Source: Nemertoderma westbladi (taxonomy: Eukaryota; Animalia; Xenacoelomorpha). Taken from it: a stretch of DNA of 63,524 bases. This document shows, in pieces, positions 35,101 through 45,422 of the stretch. The notes under the pieces are model-generated. The model had not been told where the DNA came from. It worked only from the letters and a program-made list of their open reading frames with translations, and ran no database searches. The DNA lies in the NCBI GenBank assembly GCA_032718475.1, contig JAUCBJ010001607.1, positions 1 to 63,524 of the forward strand, given 5' to 3'. Position 1 is the first letter of the stretch; every line of letters begins with the position of its first letter. The position numbers were made by a program, and so were the translations under genes.

Positions 35101-37848
35101 CAGACCAAACACATTTCAGTTCCCGGCAGTACTAAGTTGTAATGTATCAGACCAAACACAGGTCAGTTCCCGGTAGTACCAAGTTGTAATATATCAAACC
35201 AAACACAGGTCAGTTCCCGGTAGTACCAAGTTGTAATGTATCAGTCCAAACACAGGTCAGTTCCCGGTAGTACCAAGTTGTAATGTATCAAACCAAACAT
35301 AGGTCAGTTCCCGGTAGTACCAAGTTGTAAATGTATCAAACCAAACACAGGCCAGTTCCCGGTCGGTAGTACCGAGTTGTAATGTGTCAAACCAAACATA
35401 GGTCAGTTCCCGGTAGTACCAAGTTGTAATGTATCAAACCAAACATAGGTCAGTTCCCGGTAGTACCAAGTTGTAAATGTATCAAACCAAACACAGGCCA
35501 GCTCCCGGTCGGTAGTACCAAGTTGTAATGTATCAGACCAAACACATGTCAGTTTCCGGCAGTACTAAGTTGTAATGTATCATACCAAACACAGGTCAGT
35601 TCCCGGTAGTACCAAGTTGTAATGTATCAAACCAAACACAGGTCAGTTCCCGGTCGGTAGTACCAAGTTGTAATGTGTCAAACCAAACATCGGTCAGTTC
35701 CCGGTAGTACCAAGTTGTAATGTATCAAACCAAACATCGGTCAGTTCCCGGTAGTACCAAGTTGTAATGTATCAAACCAAACACAGGTCAGTTCCCGGTC
35801 GGTAGTACCAAGTTGTAATGTGTCAAACCAAACATCGGTCAGTTCCCGGTAGTACCAAGTTGTAATGTATCAAACCAAACATCGGTCAGTTCCCGGTAGT
35901 ACCAAGTTGTAATGTATCAAACCAAACACAGGTCAGTTCCCGGTAGTACCAAGTTGTAATGTATCAAACCAAACATCGGTTAGTTCCCGGTAGTACCAAG
36001 TTGTAAATGTATCAAACCAAACACAGGCCAGTTCCCGGTAGTACCAAGTTGTAAATGAATCAAACCAAACACAGGTCAGTTCCCGGTAGTACCAAGTTGT
36101 AATGTAACAGACCAAACACAGGTCAGTTCCCGGTCGGTAGTACCAAGTTGTAATGTGTCAAACCAAACATCGGTCAGTTCCCGGTAGTACCAAGTTGTAA
36201 TGTATCAAACCAAACACAGGTCAGTTCCCGGTAGTACCAAGTTGTAATGTATCAGACCAAACACAGGTCAGTTCCCGGTAGTACCAAGTTGTAATGTGTC
36301 AAACCAAACATCGGTCAGTTCCCGGTAGTACCAAGTTGTAAATGTATCAAACCAAACACAGGTCAATTCCCGGTAGTACCAAGTTGTAATGTATCAAACC
36401 AAACACAGGTTAGTTCCCGGTAGTACCAAGTTGTAATGTATCAGACCAAACACAGGCCAGTTCCCGGTAATACCAAGTTGTAATGTGTCAAACCAAACAT
36501 CGGTCAGTTCCCGGTAGTACCAAGTTGTAATGTATCATACCAAATACAGGTCAGTTCCCGGTAGTACCAAGTTGTAAATGTATCAAACCAAACACAGGCC
36601 AGTTCCCGGTAGTACCAAGTTGTAAATGTATCAAACCAAACACAGATCAGTTCCCGGTAGTACCAAGTTGTAATGTACCAAAGCAAACTGAGGTTTGTTC
36701 CCGGTAGTACCAAGTTGTAATGTATCAAACCAAACTCAGGTCAGTTCCCGGTAGTACCAAGTTGTAATGTATCAAACCAAACACAGGTCAGTTCCCGGTA
36801 GTACTAAGTTGTAATGTATCATACCAAACACAGGTCAGTTCCCGGAAGTGCTAAGTTGTAATGTATCAGACCAAACACAGGTCAGTTCCCGGTAGTACCA
36901 AGTTGTAATGTATCAAACCAAACACAGGTCAGTTCCCGGTAGTACCAAGTTGTAATGTATCAGACCAGACACAGGTCAGTTCCCGGTAGTACCAAGTTGT
37001 AATGTGTCAAACCAAACATCGGTCAGTTCCCGGTGGTACCAAGTTGTAATGTATCAGACCAAACACAGGTCAGTTCCCGGTAGTACTAAGTTGTAATGTA
37101 TCAGACCAAACACATGTCAGTTCCCGGCAGTACTAAGTTGTAATGTATCAGACCAAACACAGGTCAGTTCCAGGTAGTACCACGTTGTAATATATCAAAC
37201 CAAACACAGGTCAGTTCCCGGTAGTACCAAGTTGTAATGTATCAGACCAAACACAGGTCAGTTCCCGGTAGTACCAAGTTGTAATGTGTCAAACCAAACA
37301 TAGGTCAGTTCCCGGTAGTACCAAGTTGTAAATGTATCAAACCAAACACAGGTCAGTTCCCGGTAGTACCAAGTTGTAATGTATCATACCAAACACAGGT
37401 CAGTTCCCGGTAGTACCAAGTTGTAAATGTATCAAACCAAACACAGGTCAGTTCCCGGTAGTACTAAGTTGTAATGTATCAGACCAAACACAGGTCAGTT
37501 CCCGGTCGGTAGTACCAAGTTGTAATGTGTCAAACCAAACACAGGCCAGTTCCCGGTAGTACCAAGTTGTAAATGAATCAAACCAAACACAGGTCAGTTC
37601 CCGGTAGTACCAAGTTGTAATGTATCAGACCAAACACAGGTCAGTTCCCGGTAGTACCAAGTTGTAAATGTAACAAACCAAACACAGGTCAGTTCCCGGC
37701 AGTACCAAGTTGTAATGTATCAAACCAAACTGAAGTTTGTTCCCGGTAGTACCAAGTTGTAAATGTATCAAACCAAACACAGGTCAGTTCCCGGTAGTAC
37801 CAAGTTGTAATGTATCAAACCAAACACAGGACAGTTCCCGGTAGTACT
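23151..37848. repeat. 47-bp satellite array 2 (about 310 units) with higher-order blocks
   Basis: Same consensus as array 1; diagnostic variant units recur in fixed order. Confidence 0.98.
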
Positions 37849-38456
37849 ACTGTTATTTGTATGTATATGTAATTTCTATGTAATGTATCAGACCAAACAC
37901 AATTTCCAAGTAATTGTCTCAATATTTCCTTATTATCATCATTTTCATCCTCTTCTTCACTTTCCTGATCTTCACTATCTTCACCATCTTCCCCACCTTC
38001 ACTATCTTCATCCTCTTCCTGTTCTTCACTTTCTTCATCCTCTTCCTGTTTTTCTCTTTCTTCATTCTCTTCCTGACCTTCTCTTTCTTCGTTCTCAACC
38101 TCACTCTTTTCAACTTCATCCTGACCCTCACTATTTTCATTCTCCATCTCATCGTCCTCTTCTTCTTCATCTTTCTCACTCAAATTTTCCTCATTTTCTA
38201 GGGGTAACTGTTTTTGTATCCCTTTCAAAATATTCATAACTTTATGAAATTTATTTTCCATTGTCTGTTTTATCTTTAATATATCACGCTCATCTCTCTT
38301 TTTCTTTTCATCTTCACTAAAAATATCCTCGGATTTTTTAAATTTTTTTGGTAACGGCTCCATTAGTTTTTCCTTTCTATGAGTTGTCATATGTCGAGAT
38401 AGATTGTCTTGTCTCATTTCTTTATTACAAACCAAACAACTTTCATGTCTATGCAT
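37815..38456 (-). CDS. Single C2H2-type zinc finger + acidic-tail protein, copy 2
   Basis: 213 aa; differs from copy 1 by one residue (MENVN vs MENEN). Confidence 0.75.
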   Translation of the reverse strand: MHRHESCLVCNKEMRQDNLSRHMTTHRKEKLMEPLPKKFKKSEDIFSEDEKKKRDERDILKIKQTMENKFHKVMNILKGIQKQLPLENEENLSEKDEEEEDDEMENENSEGQDEVEKSEVENEEREGQEENEEREKQEEDEESEEQEEDEDSEGGEDGEDSEDQESEEEDENDDNKEILRQLLGNCVWSDTLHRNYIYIQITVVLPGTVLCLV

Positions 38457-38568
38457 TATATAGCAATGTCAATTGATAGTATCGAATTTTAGCTAAATTA
38501 TTTTACAAAATTTTAAATAAATAAAACTTTTATGAAAATAAATAAAACTTTTTAAAATAAAAATTAGA

Positions 38569-38698
38569 GAATGAATGGGAATGCGGTGAACGGGGGCTAT
38601 TATAGAGGGAGGCTAGAATGGATTATCCAATCAGAGTGCGAGGGTGAGTTAGGAAGCCAATCAGGACTCGAGGGAGGAAAGTTAGGCAGCCAATGAGA
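38569..38698 (-). promoter_or_regulatory. Pol II promoter: Inr, TATA, three CCAAT boxes (copy 2)
   Basis: Identical to copy 1; TATA at 38604-38597, CCAAT at 38627, 38657 and 38690. Confidence 0.75.
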
Positions 38699-38941
38699 GA
38701 GCAGATGCGAGTACAGTGATAAAGCCCATCCATGGTGCGATAACGTCACACTAAATCTCAAGGATAGTTATACTCACCATTCAAATATCCCTCGCAAACC
38801 AGATTCCCCCAGCATCTAAAGTATTCCACTTCAATGCAAAATATATAGAGCTTTAGTTGGATTTGAACCTGTGCTTGTAAACTCTTTTGTGCTAGTATAT
38901 TGAAATTTATTGTCCATGTAATGCAATTTAACTCGGCTATT

Positions 38942-39390
38942 TAGTCTGTGCCTCAGTGAGGTATAGTCTGTGCCTCAGTGAGGCATAGTCTATGCCTCAG
39001 TGCCTCAGTGAGGCATAGTCTATACCTCAGTGCCTCAGTGAGGCATAGTCTGTGCCTCAGTGATGCATAGTATGTGCCTCAGTGAGGCATAGTCTGTGCC
39101 TCAATGCCTCAGTGAGGCATAGTCTGTGCCTAAGTGCATCAGTGAGGCATAGCCTGTGCCTCAGTGGGGCATAGTATGTGCCTCAGTGCCTCAGTGAGGC
39201 ATAGTCTGTGCCTCAGTGAGGCATAGCTCTGTGCCTCAGTGAGGCATAGTCTATGCCTCAGTGAGGCATAGTCATGTGCCTCAGTGAGGCATAGTCTATG
39301 CCTCAGTGCCTCAGTGAGGCATAGTCTATGCCTCAGTGCCTCAGTGAGGCATAGTCTATGCCTCAGTGCCTCAGTGAGGCATAGTCTGTG
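38942..39390. repeat. 22-bp palindromic minisatellite, copy 2
   Basis: Same unit; the left part matches copy 1 and the right part has a different unit order. Confidence 0.95.
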
Positions 39391-39450
39391 TCAGGTCTTA
39401 AATGAGAGTCTTACAAATTCGAACGTCAACGAACAAATTCGAAGGTTACT

Positions 39451-39534
39451 GTTCCACCTTGGTGTAGTGGTTGCATTGAATTCACATCTCCCGCATGTCA
39501 TGGGTTCGATCCCCGCATGAACCAGGGCAGTTTT
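39451..39534 (+). ncRNA. tRNA-derived Pol III unit / SINE head, copy 2
   Basis: Same A box, B box and T4 as copy 1. Confidence 0.65.
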
Positions 39535-39629
39535 CGTTCGGTCAGCAATAGGCCTAACTTTGCAAAATGCAGTATTATTGCCTAGTAACCAATTCATGGT
39601 TACTATATGGTTTTCACTTTGAGACATTT

Positions 39630-40040
39630 CGCCCTCTAGCGGCAGACTGAGGAACTTCAGACTACTCTGTGACTCTGCAAAAGATATAGCCCATATTGTA
39701 ATAGATACCGACTGGGGGTCAAAATTAAGTAATAATATATCTAAATAAGTCTCAAACATCTTGCCTCATGGCTCGCCCCTTAGAACTCTTAAGCAATATA
39801 ACTTCATAGTTTTGCGGATTGTAAATAACAAAGCTAGAGAAGATGTTAATTTTCAAATAATACGCCCTCTAGCGGCAGACAGGGGAACTTCAGACTACTC
39901 TTTGACTCCGGAAAAGATATGGCCTATGCCGTAGTAGATGCCTACCGAGTTTAAACCTATTCGGAATGAAAATAACAAAGTTAGAGAAGATGTTAATTTT
40001 CAGATAATACTCCCACTAGCGGCAGACTATGGAACTGCAG
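39630..40040 (-). promoter_or_regulatory. Three extended CTCF-type motifs, copy 2
   Basis: Sites at 39630-39660, 39863-39893 and 40010-40040. Confidence 0.7.
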
Positions 40041-40373
40041 ACGGCTGGATATAGGAAAGAGTAATTAGTAATCAGAGGTGTCACGAGAGGGGTGCGGGGC
40101 GCTTGGATACAACTATTATTAATAAGCTGTTGCTTGGTTAAAGCTAATTGGGGGTCAAAGGTCAACGATAAAACTGTCTGGATATAGATAAGAGTAATTA
40201 GTTACCAGTGAGGGAGCTGTATACCCTATGGCTAAGTATAACGAGATGAAAGTCAATGAGGTAATTTAGAAACCAATATATAAAACTAATTATTGGTAAA
40301 TCTTAAAATTAAGTACAAATAAATAATTAATTTAAAATTAAATACAAATAAATATATATAAATACATTAAATA

Positions 40374-41797
40374 GTAATGTATCAGACCAAACACAGGTCA
40401 GTTCCCGGTAGTACCAAGTTGTAAATGTATCAAACCAAACACAGGTCAGTTCCCGGTAGTACCAAGTTGTAATGTATCAGACCAAACACAGGTCAGTTCC
40501 CGGTAGTACCAAGTTGTAAATGTATCATACCAAACACAGGTCAGTTCCCGGTAGTACCAAGTTGTAATGTAAAAACCAAACACAGGTCAGTTCCCGGTAG
40601 TACCAAGTTGTAATGTAAAAACAAAACACAGGTCAGTTCCCGGTAGTACCAAGTTGTAATGTATCATACCAAACACAGGTCAGTTCCCGGTAGTACCAAG
40701 TTGTAATGTAAAAACCAAACACAGGTCAGTTCCCGGTAGTACCAAGTTGTAATGTAAAAACCAAACACAGGTCAGTTCCCGGTAGTACCAAGTTGTAATG
40801 TGTCAAACCAAACACAGGCCAGTTCCCGGTAGTACCAAGTTGTAATGTAAAAACGAAAAAAAAAACAGGTCAGTTCCCGGTAGTACCAAGTTGTAATGTG
40901 TCAAACCAAACACAGGTCAGTTCCCGGTAGTACCAATACCAAGTTGTAAATGTATCATACCAAACACAGCTCAGTTCCCGGTAGTACCACGTTGTAATGT
41001 AAAAACCAAACACAGGTCAGTTCCCGGTAGTACCAAGTTGTAATGTGTCAAACCAAACACAGGTCAGTTCCCGGTAGTACCAAGTTGTAATGTGTCAAAC
41101 CAAACACAGGCCAGTTCCCGGTAGTACCAAGTTGTAATGTGTCAAACCAAACACAGGTCAGTTCCCGGTAATACCAAGTTGTAATGTGTCAAACCAAACA
41201 CAGGTCAGTTCCCGGTAGTACCAAGTTGTAAATGTATCAAACCAAACACAGGCCAGTTCCCGGTCGGTAGTACCAAGTTGTAATGTAAAAACGAAAAAAA
41301 AAACAGGTCAGTTCCCGGTAGTACCAAGTTGTAATGTGTCAAACCAAACACAGGTCAGTTCCCGGTAGTACCAAGTTGTAAATGTATCATACCAAACACA
41401 GCTCAGTTCCCGGTAGTACCACGTTGTAATGTAAAAACCAAACACAGGTCAGTTCCCGGTAGTACCAAGTTGTAATGTGTCAAACCAAACACAGGTCAGT
41501 TCCCGGTAGTACCAAGTTGTAATGTGTCAAACCAAACACAGGCCAGTTCCCGGTAGTACCAAGTTGTAATGTGTCAAACCAAACACAGGTCAGTTCCCGG
41601 TAGTACCAAGTTGTAATGTGTCAAACCAAACACAGGTCAGTTCCCGGTAGTACCACGTTGTAATGTAAAAACCAAACACAGGTCAGTTCCCGGTAGTACC
41701 AAGTTGTAATGTGTCAAACCAAACACAGGCCAGTTCCCGGTAGTACCAAGTTGTAATGTATCAAACCAAACACAGGTCAGTTCCCGGTAGTACCAAG
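40374..41797. repeat. 47-bp satellite array 3 (about 30 units)
   Basis: Same consensus with private variants (GTAAAAACC, AAAAACGAAAAAAAAAAC, CACAGCTCAG). Confidence 0.97.
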
Positions 41798-42292
41798 CAG
41801 AGTGTCAATGGGGACTGGGGCGGGTAATTAACCGGCGCGATGTTTGCAGTCAGCCAATAGTGTGGGTGACTATTAATTATTATTATATGGGAATAATCTG
41901 GCTAACGGATATTAATTTGTAATATGGAAATATATTACATATTGATTAGCATATCATTAATTCTCGCTTTTTGTTTACACATTGCTGGGGCAACAAACCA
42001 ATGCGCATAATCCTGTTTATTCGAGCTAATATATTCCAAACATAGCTACAGTAATCGCTTGTGTTAAAAACTATAAGTTTTAAAGCACTGCTGCGCAACC
42101 TGCGATGGAAGTAGCTAAATGAATCTTTACATACTATGCTGATTTTGGTGAGAATAAGCCAACCGTAAAGGATTTAAATTTCATTCCTTAATATGGAATG
42201 AAATCTGTAAAACTTATACAAACGTTAAACAGATTAATTTGCTTTTTATTAGGTATTCTATCCGTATTCTCGAACAGACAATAAATGTAGTA

Positions 42293-43194
42293 CACCATAA
42301 CCCTTAATACAACAACCATTTTTAGGGGTCGGAGCACCCCCCCCCCCCCCCCCTCTAATTTTTTTCAAATTTCAATAAAATGCTACAAAATTCGGTATGA
42401 TGATAGATCGACACCTTTTCTTACTGGTGGCCTGGCCGGATTTTTCAATTTCTCAGTTATTTCCATACAACAAGCCCTTAAAAAATGTATATTTAGCAAT
42501 GTTTAACCACCTCCGTAGACTTTATTTTTCGTCTTTGTAATGAAATCTAGATATCATTAGATCCGCCTTCATCTGCAGATTCCGAATCTGAAACCCGTTG
42601 TAAATTTCACCAAGAACTTCCGGAGATATTATCAAAATACTAAGGTGTAAATTTTGTGATGTAAATCGCTATAATTCTAATGTTTTTTTTTACTCAATTC
42701 TAGAATATTAATTATGGGTAATGAAAAAACAAGATGGAGAGTTTTAAACGCTCAGCTAAATAATAATTAATATTCTAGAATAAAGACAACAAAACATCAG
42801 AATTATAGCGATTTACGTCTCTGAATTTACACATTAGTATTTTGATAATATCTTTACCAATTTTTGGTTAAATTTAAAACGGTTTTCAGATTCGGAATCT
42901 ACAGACGGAGGCAGTTCTAATGATAACTAGACTACATTTCAAAGACGTAAAATAAAGTCTACGGAGGTGGTTAAACATTGCTAAATAGACATTTTTTAAG
43001 GGCTTATTGTATGGAAATAACTGAGAAATTGAAAAAATCCGGCCAGGCCACCACAACCAGTAAGAAAAGGTATCGATCTATCATCATACCGAATTTCGTA
43101 GCATTTTATTGAAATTTGAAAAAAAATTGGGGGGGGGGGGTGGGGGGGGGGCTCCGACCCCCTAAAAATGGTTGTTGTAATATGGGTTATGGTG
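42293..43194. mobile_element. Foldback-type MITE with TA target duplication (Tc1/mariner-like)
   Basis: TA|CACCATAACCC...GGGTTATGGTG|TA; imperfect inverted arms 42293-42715 and 42763-43194 around a spacer of about 47 bp. Confidence 0.9.
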
Positions 43195-43772
43195 TATATT
43201 GTGATGTACATGTGAATAACACAACGGTATATTATTACTATCTATTAATTATAGTATATCTATTATCTATTAGCAGTGGTAGATTTTGGAACCGAAACGA
43301 GATTAATTTTGATTGCGTAGAGTCCCCCCCCCCCCCCCCCCCCCCCCATGAGTAATCCAGTTGTCTAGAAGAAGGAAGGAAACAAAAATACTTTGATTTA
43401 TACGACTATATTATAATAAATTACATTATTTCCTGCACGACCAACAGTCTGAAGGACCAACACGAAAAGGAATCAAACAAGTTTGAGTTGTTTTTTAATC
43501 AGATAATTTAACCCTATATATTTAATACCGCTGTATATAACTGAACCGGTTGATATAATAATTATATACATTGACGTAGACAACCTAAATAATATGAGAA
43601 CGATACTCTTCGAAAACAAATCAATCTGTATTTAATTCAACTAAATATATAAAGCGTTTCTAAAATCTGTGCAAAACAAACCAACTAATTCATTTGAAAA
43701 ATAGACAACCGAGTTGTTTTATAACACTATGGACTAACATATCTATAACTATCGCCGAGTCAGCAGTCGCAC

Positions 43773-45422
43773 CTAGATCTCAGCCTGAGCCATAAACTCG
43801 CTGACTAATTTCTTCAATTTCTCGTCTAGTTCCGGGGATATCTGGCCGGCTTCTCGTATCTCCTTGAGGATGTCCTGATGGTGGGTACGGATGTGGACCA
43901 GGAACTGCTCCTCGAACTTAGTGATCTTGGAGGGGTCCACCTTATCGAGGTAGCCTCGGACGCCGCTGAAGATGACGGTGACCTGATCCTCGATCGGTAT
44001 CGGGGTGTACTGGCCCTGTTTGAGCAGCTCGGTGAGCCGAACTCCGCGGTTCAGTAGGTTCTGCGTCGCCGCGTCCAGATCGCTACCGAACTGCGCGAAG
44101 GCCGCAACCTCTCGGTACTGAGCCAACTCCAACTTCATCGAACCCGCGACCTGCTTCATCGCCTTTGTCTGCGCGGCGGAACCGACACGGGAGACAGAAA
44201 GTCCGACATTAATAGCCGGACGGATTCCTTTGTAGAACAGCTCCGACTCCAAGAAGATCTGCCCGTCTGTAATGGAGATAACGTTGGTTGGGATGTAGGC
44301 GGAGACGTCGCCGGCTTGGGTCTCTATGACCGGCAACGCGGTGAGCGAACCGCCTTGGTGTTCGTCGCTCATCTTAGCGGCTCGTTCGAGGAGACGGGAG
44401 TGCAGGTAGAACACATCACCGGGGAACGCCTCCCGACCAGGGGGTCGACGGAGTAACAGCGACATCTGTCTGTAAGCGACCGCGTGTTTCGATAGATCGT
44501 CGTATATGATGAGCGCGTGTCGTCCGGTATCCCGGAAGAACTCCCCCATGGCGCAACCGGAGTAGGGACTCAGGTACTGCAGCGGGGCGGCGTCTGACGC
44601 AGTCGCTGACACAACGATCGTGTACTTCATCGCGTCAGCGTCGGTGAATCGCTTCACGATCTGCGCCACAGTCGAGCGTTTCTGTCCGATGGCCACGTAG
44701 ATGCAGTACAACTTCTTCTTCTCGTCGCCGCCGTCGTTGAATCGTTTCTGGTTGATGATGGTGTCGATAGCGATCGCGGTCTTTCCGATTTGTCGATCAC
44801 CGATAATCAACTCCCGCTGTCCACGACCGATGGGCACCAGACTGTCGACCGCCTTTATCCCGGTCTGCATCGGTTCCTTAACCGACACCCTCGGGATGAT
44901 CCCCGGTGCTTTCAACCCGACCCGACGCCGGTCTTTGTTCCCCAATGGTCCTTTGCCATCGATCGCGTTCCCCAGAGCGTCAACCACACGTCCCAACAGT
45001 TCGTCACCAACCGGCACATCTACGATGGCCCCGGTTCGCTTTACGATGTCCCCTTGCTTTATTAGCTTGTCGTTACCGAACACAACAATACCGACGTTGT
45101 CCGGCTCCAGATTCAAGGCCATCCCTTTGAGACCGGACGAGAATTCCACCATCTCCTCGGCCTGGCAGTTCTGTAGTCCGTAGACGCGAGCGATACCGTC
45201 GCCGATGCTCATCACGTGACCTGTCTCCTCCAGCGCAGCCCTTGTCGATGTTCCAGCGATGCGTTCCTCAAGCACCGAGGACACCTCGGCAGTAGAAGAG
45301 CATCGGAAAGCGGTTGTCGGAACATTCCGGACGTTACGTCTCCAACAGGAAGTCTTCTGAAAAGAAGCGTGCCTAGTGAAAGATCTTTGGCCCATCAACT
45401 GGCAACCTCTTAAAGAAATCAT
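43773..45422 (-). CDS. ATP5F1A: Mitochondrial ATP synthase F1 subunit alpha, intronless copy
   Basis: Unambiguous motifs [61 protein letters not shown]. Arg-rich, acid-free presequence. First ATG is at 45422 (the track start is a TTG). Confidence 0.96.
   Translation of the reverse strand: MISLRGCQLMGQRSFTRHASFQKTSCWRRNVRNVPTTAFRCSSTAEVSSVLEERIAGTSTRAALEETGHVMSIGDGIARVYGLQNCQAEEMVEFSSGLKGMALNLEPDNVGIVVFGNDKLIKQGDIVKRTGAIVDVPVGDELLGRVVDALGNAIDGKGPLGNKDRRRVGLKAPGIIPRVSVKEPMQTGIKAVDSLVPIGRGQRELIIGDRQIGKTAIAIDTIINQKRFNDGGDEKKKLYCIYVAIGQKRSTVAQIVKRFTDADAMKYTIVVSATASDAAPLQYLSPYSGCAMGEFFRDTGRHALIIYDDLSKHAVAYRQMSLLLRRPPGREAFPGDVFYLHSRLLERAAKMSDEHQGGSLTALPVIETQAGDVSAYIPTNVISITDGQIFLESELFYKGIRPAINVGLSVSRVGSAAQTKAMKQVAGSMKLELAQYREVAAFAQFGSDLDAATQNLLNRGVRLTELLKQGQYTPIPIEDQVTVIFSGVRGYLDKVDPSKITKFEEQFLVHIRTHHQDILKEIREAGQISPELDEKLKKLVSEFMAQAEI

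Larger units (their letters stand above)
37849..40373. repeat. Cassette of about 2.53 kb, copy 2
   Basis: Offset from copy 1 is 17256 in the left part and 17223 in the right part; the length difference lies in the 22-bp array. Confidence 0.96.

Noticed and set aside
15764-36728. Many 60-77 aa ORFs (TTWYYREL..., PNTGQFPVVPSC) in the satellite
   Set aside because: By-products of runs of 48-bp variants keeping a frame open; they mostly have non-ATG starts and no domain content.
15246-41797. CRISPR array interpretation of the 47-bp repeats
   Set aside because: Units are head-to-tail with no unique spacers, no cas genes are present, and the context is eukaryotic.
44701-45413. Plus-strand ORFs opposite ATP5F1A, and 13292-13954 opposite the PR/SET gene
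   Set aside because: Antisense shadows of real coding sequence.
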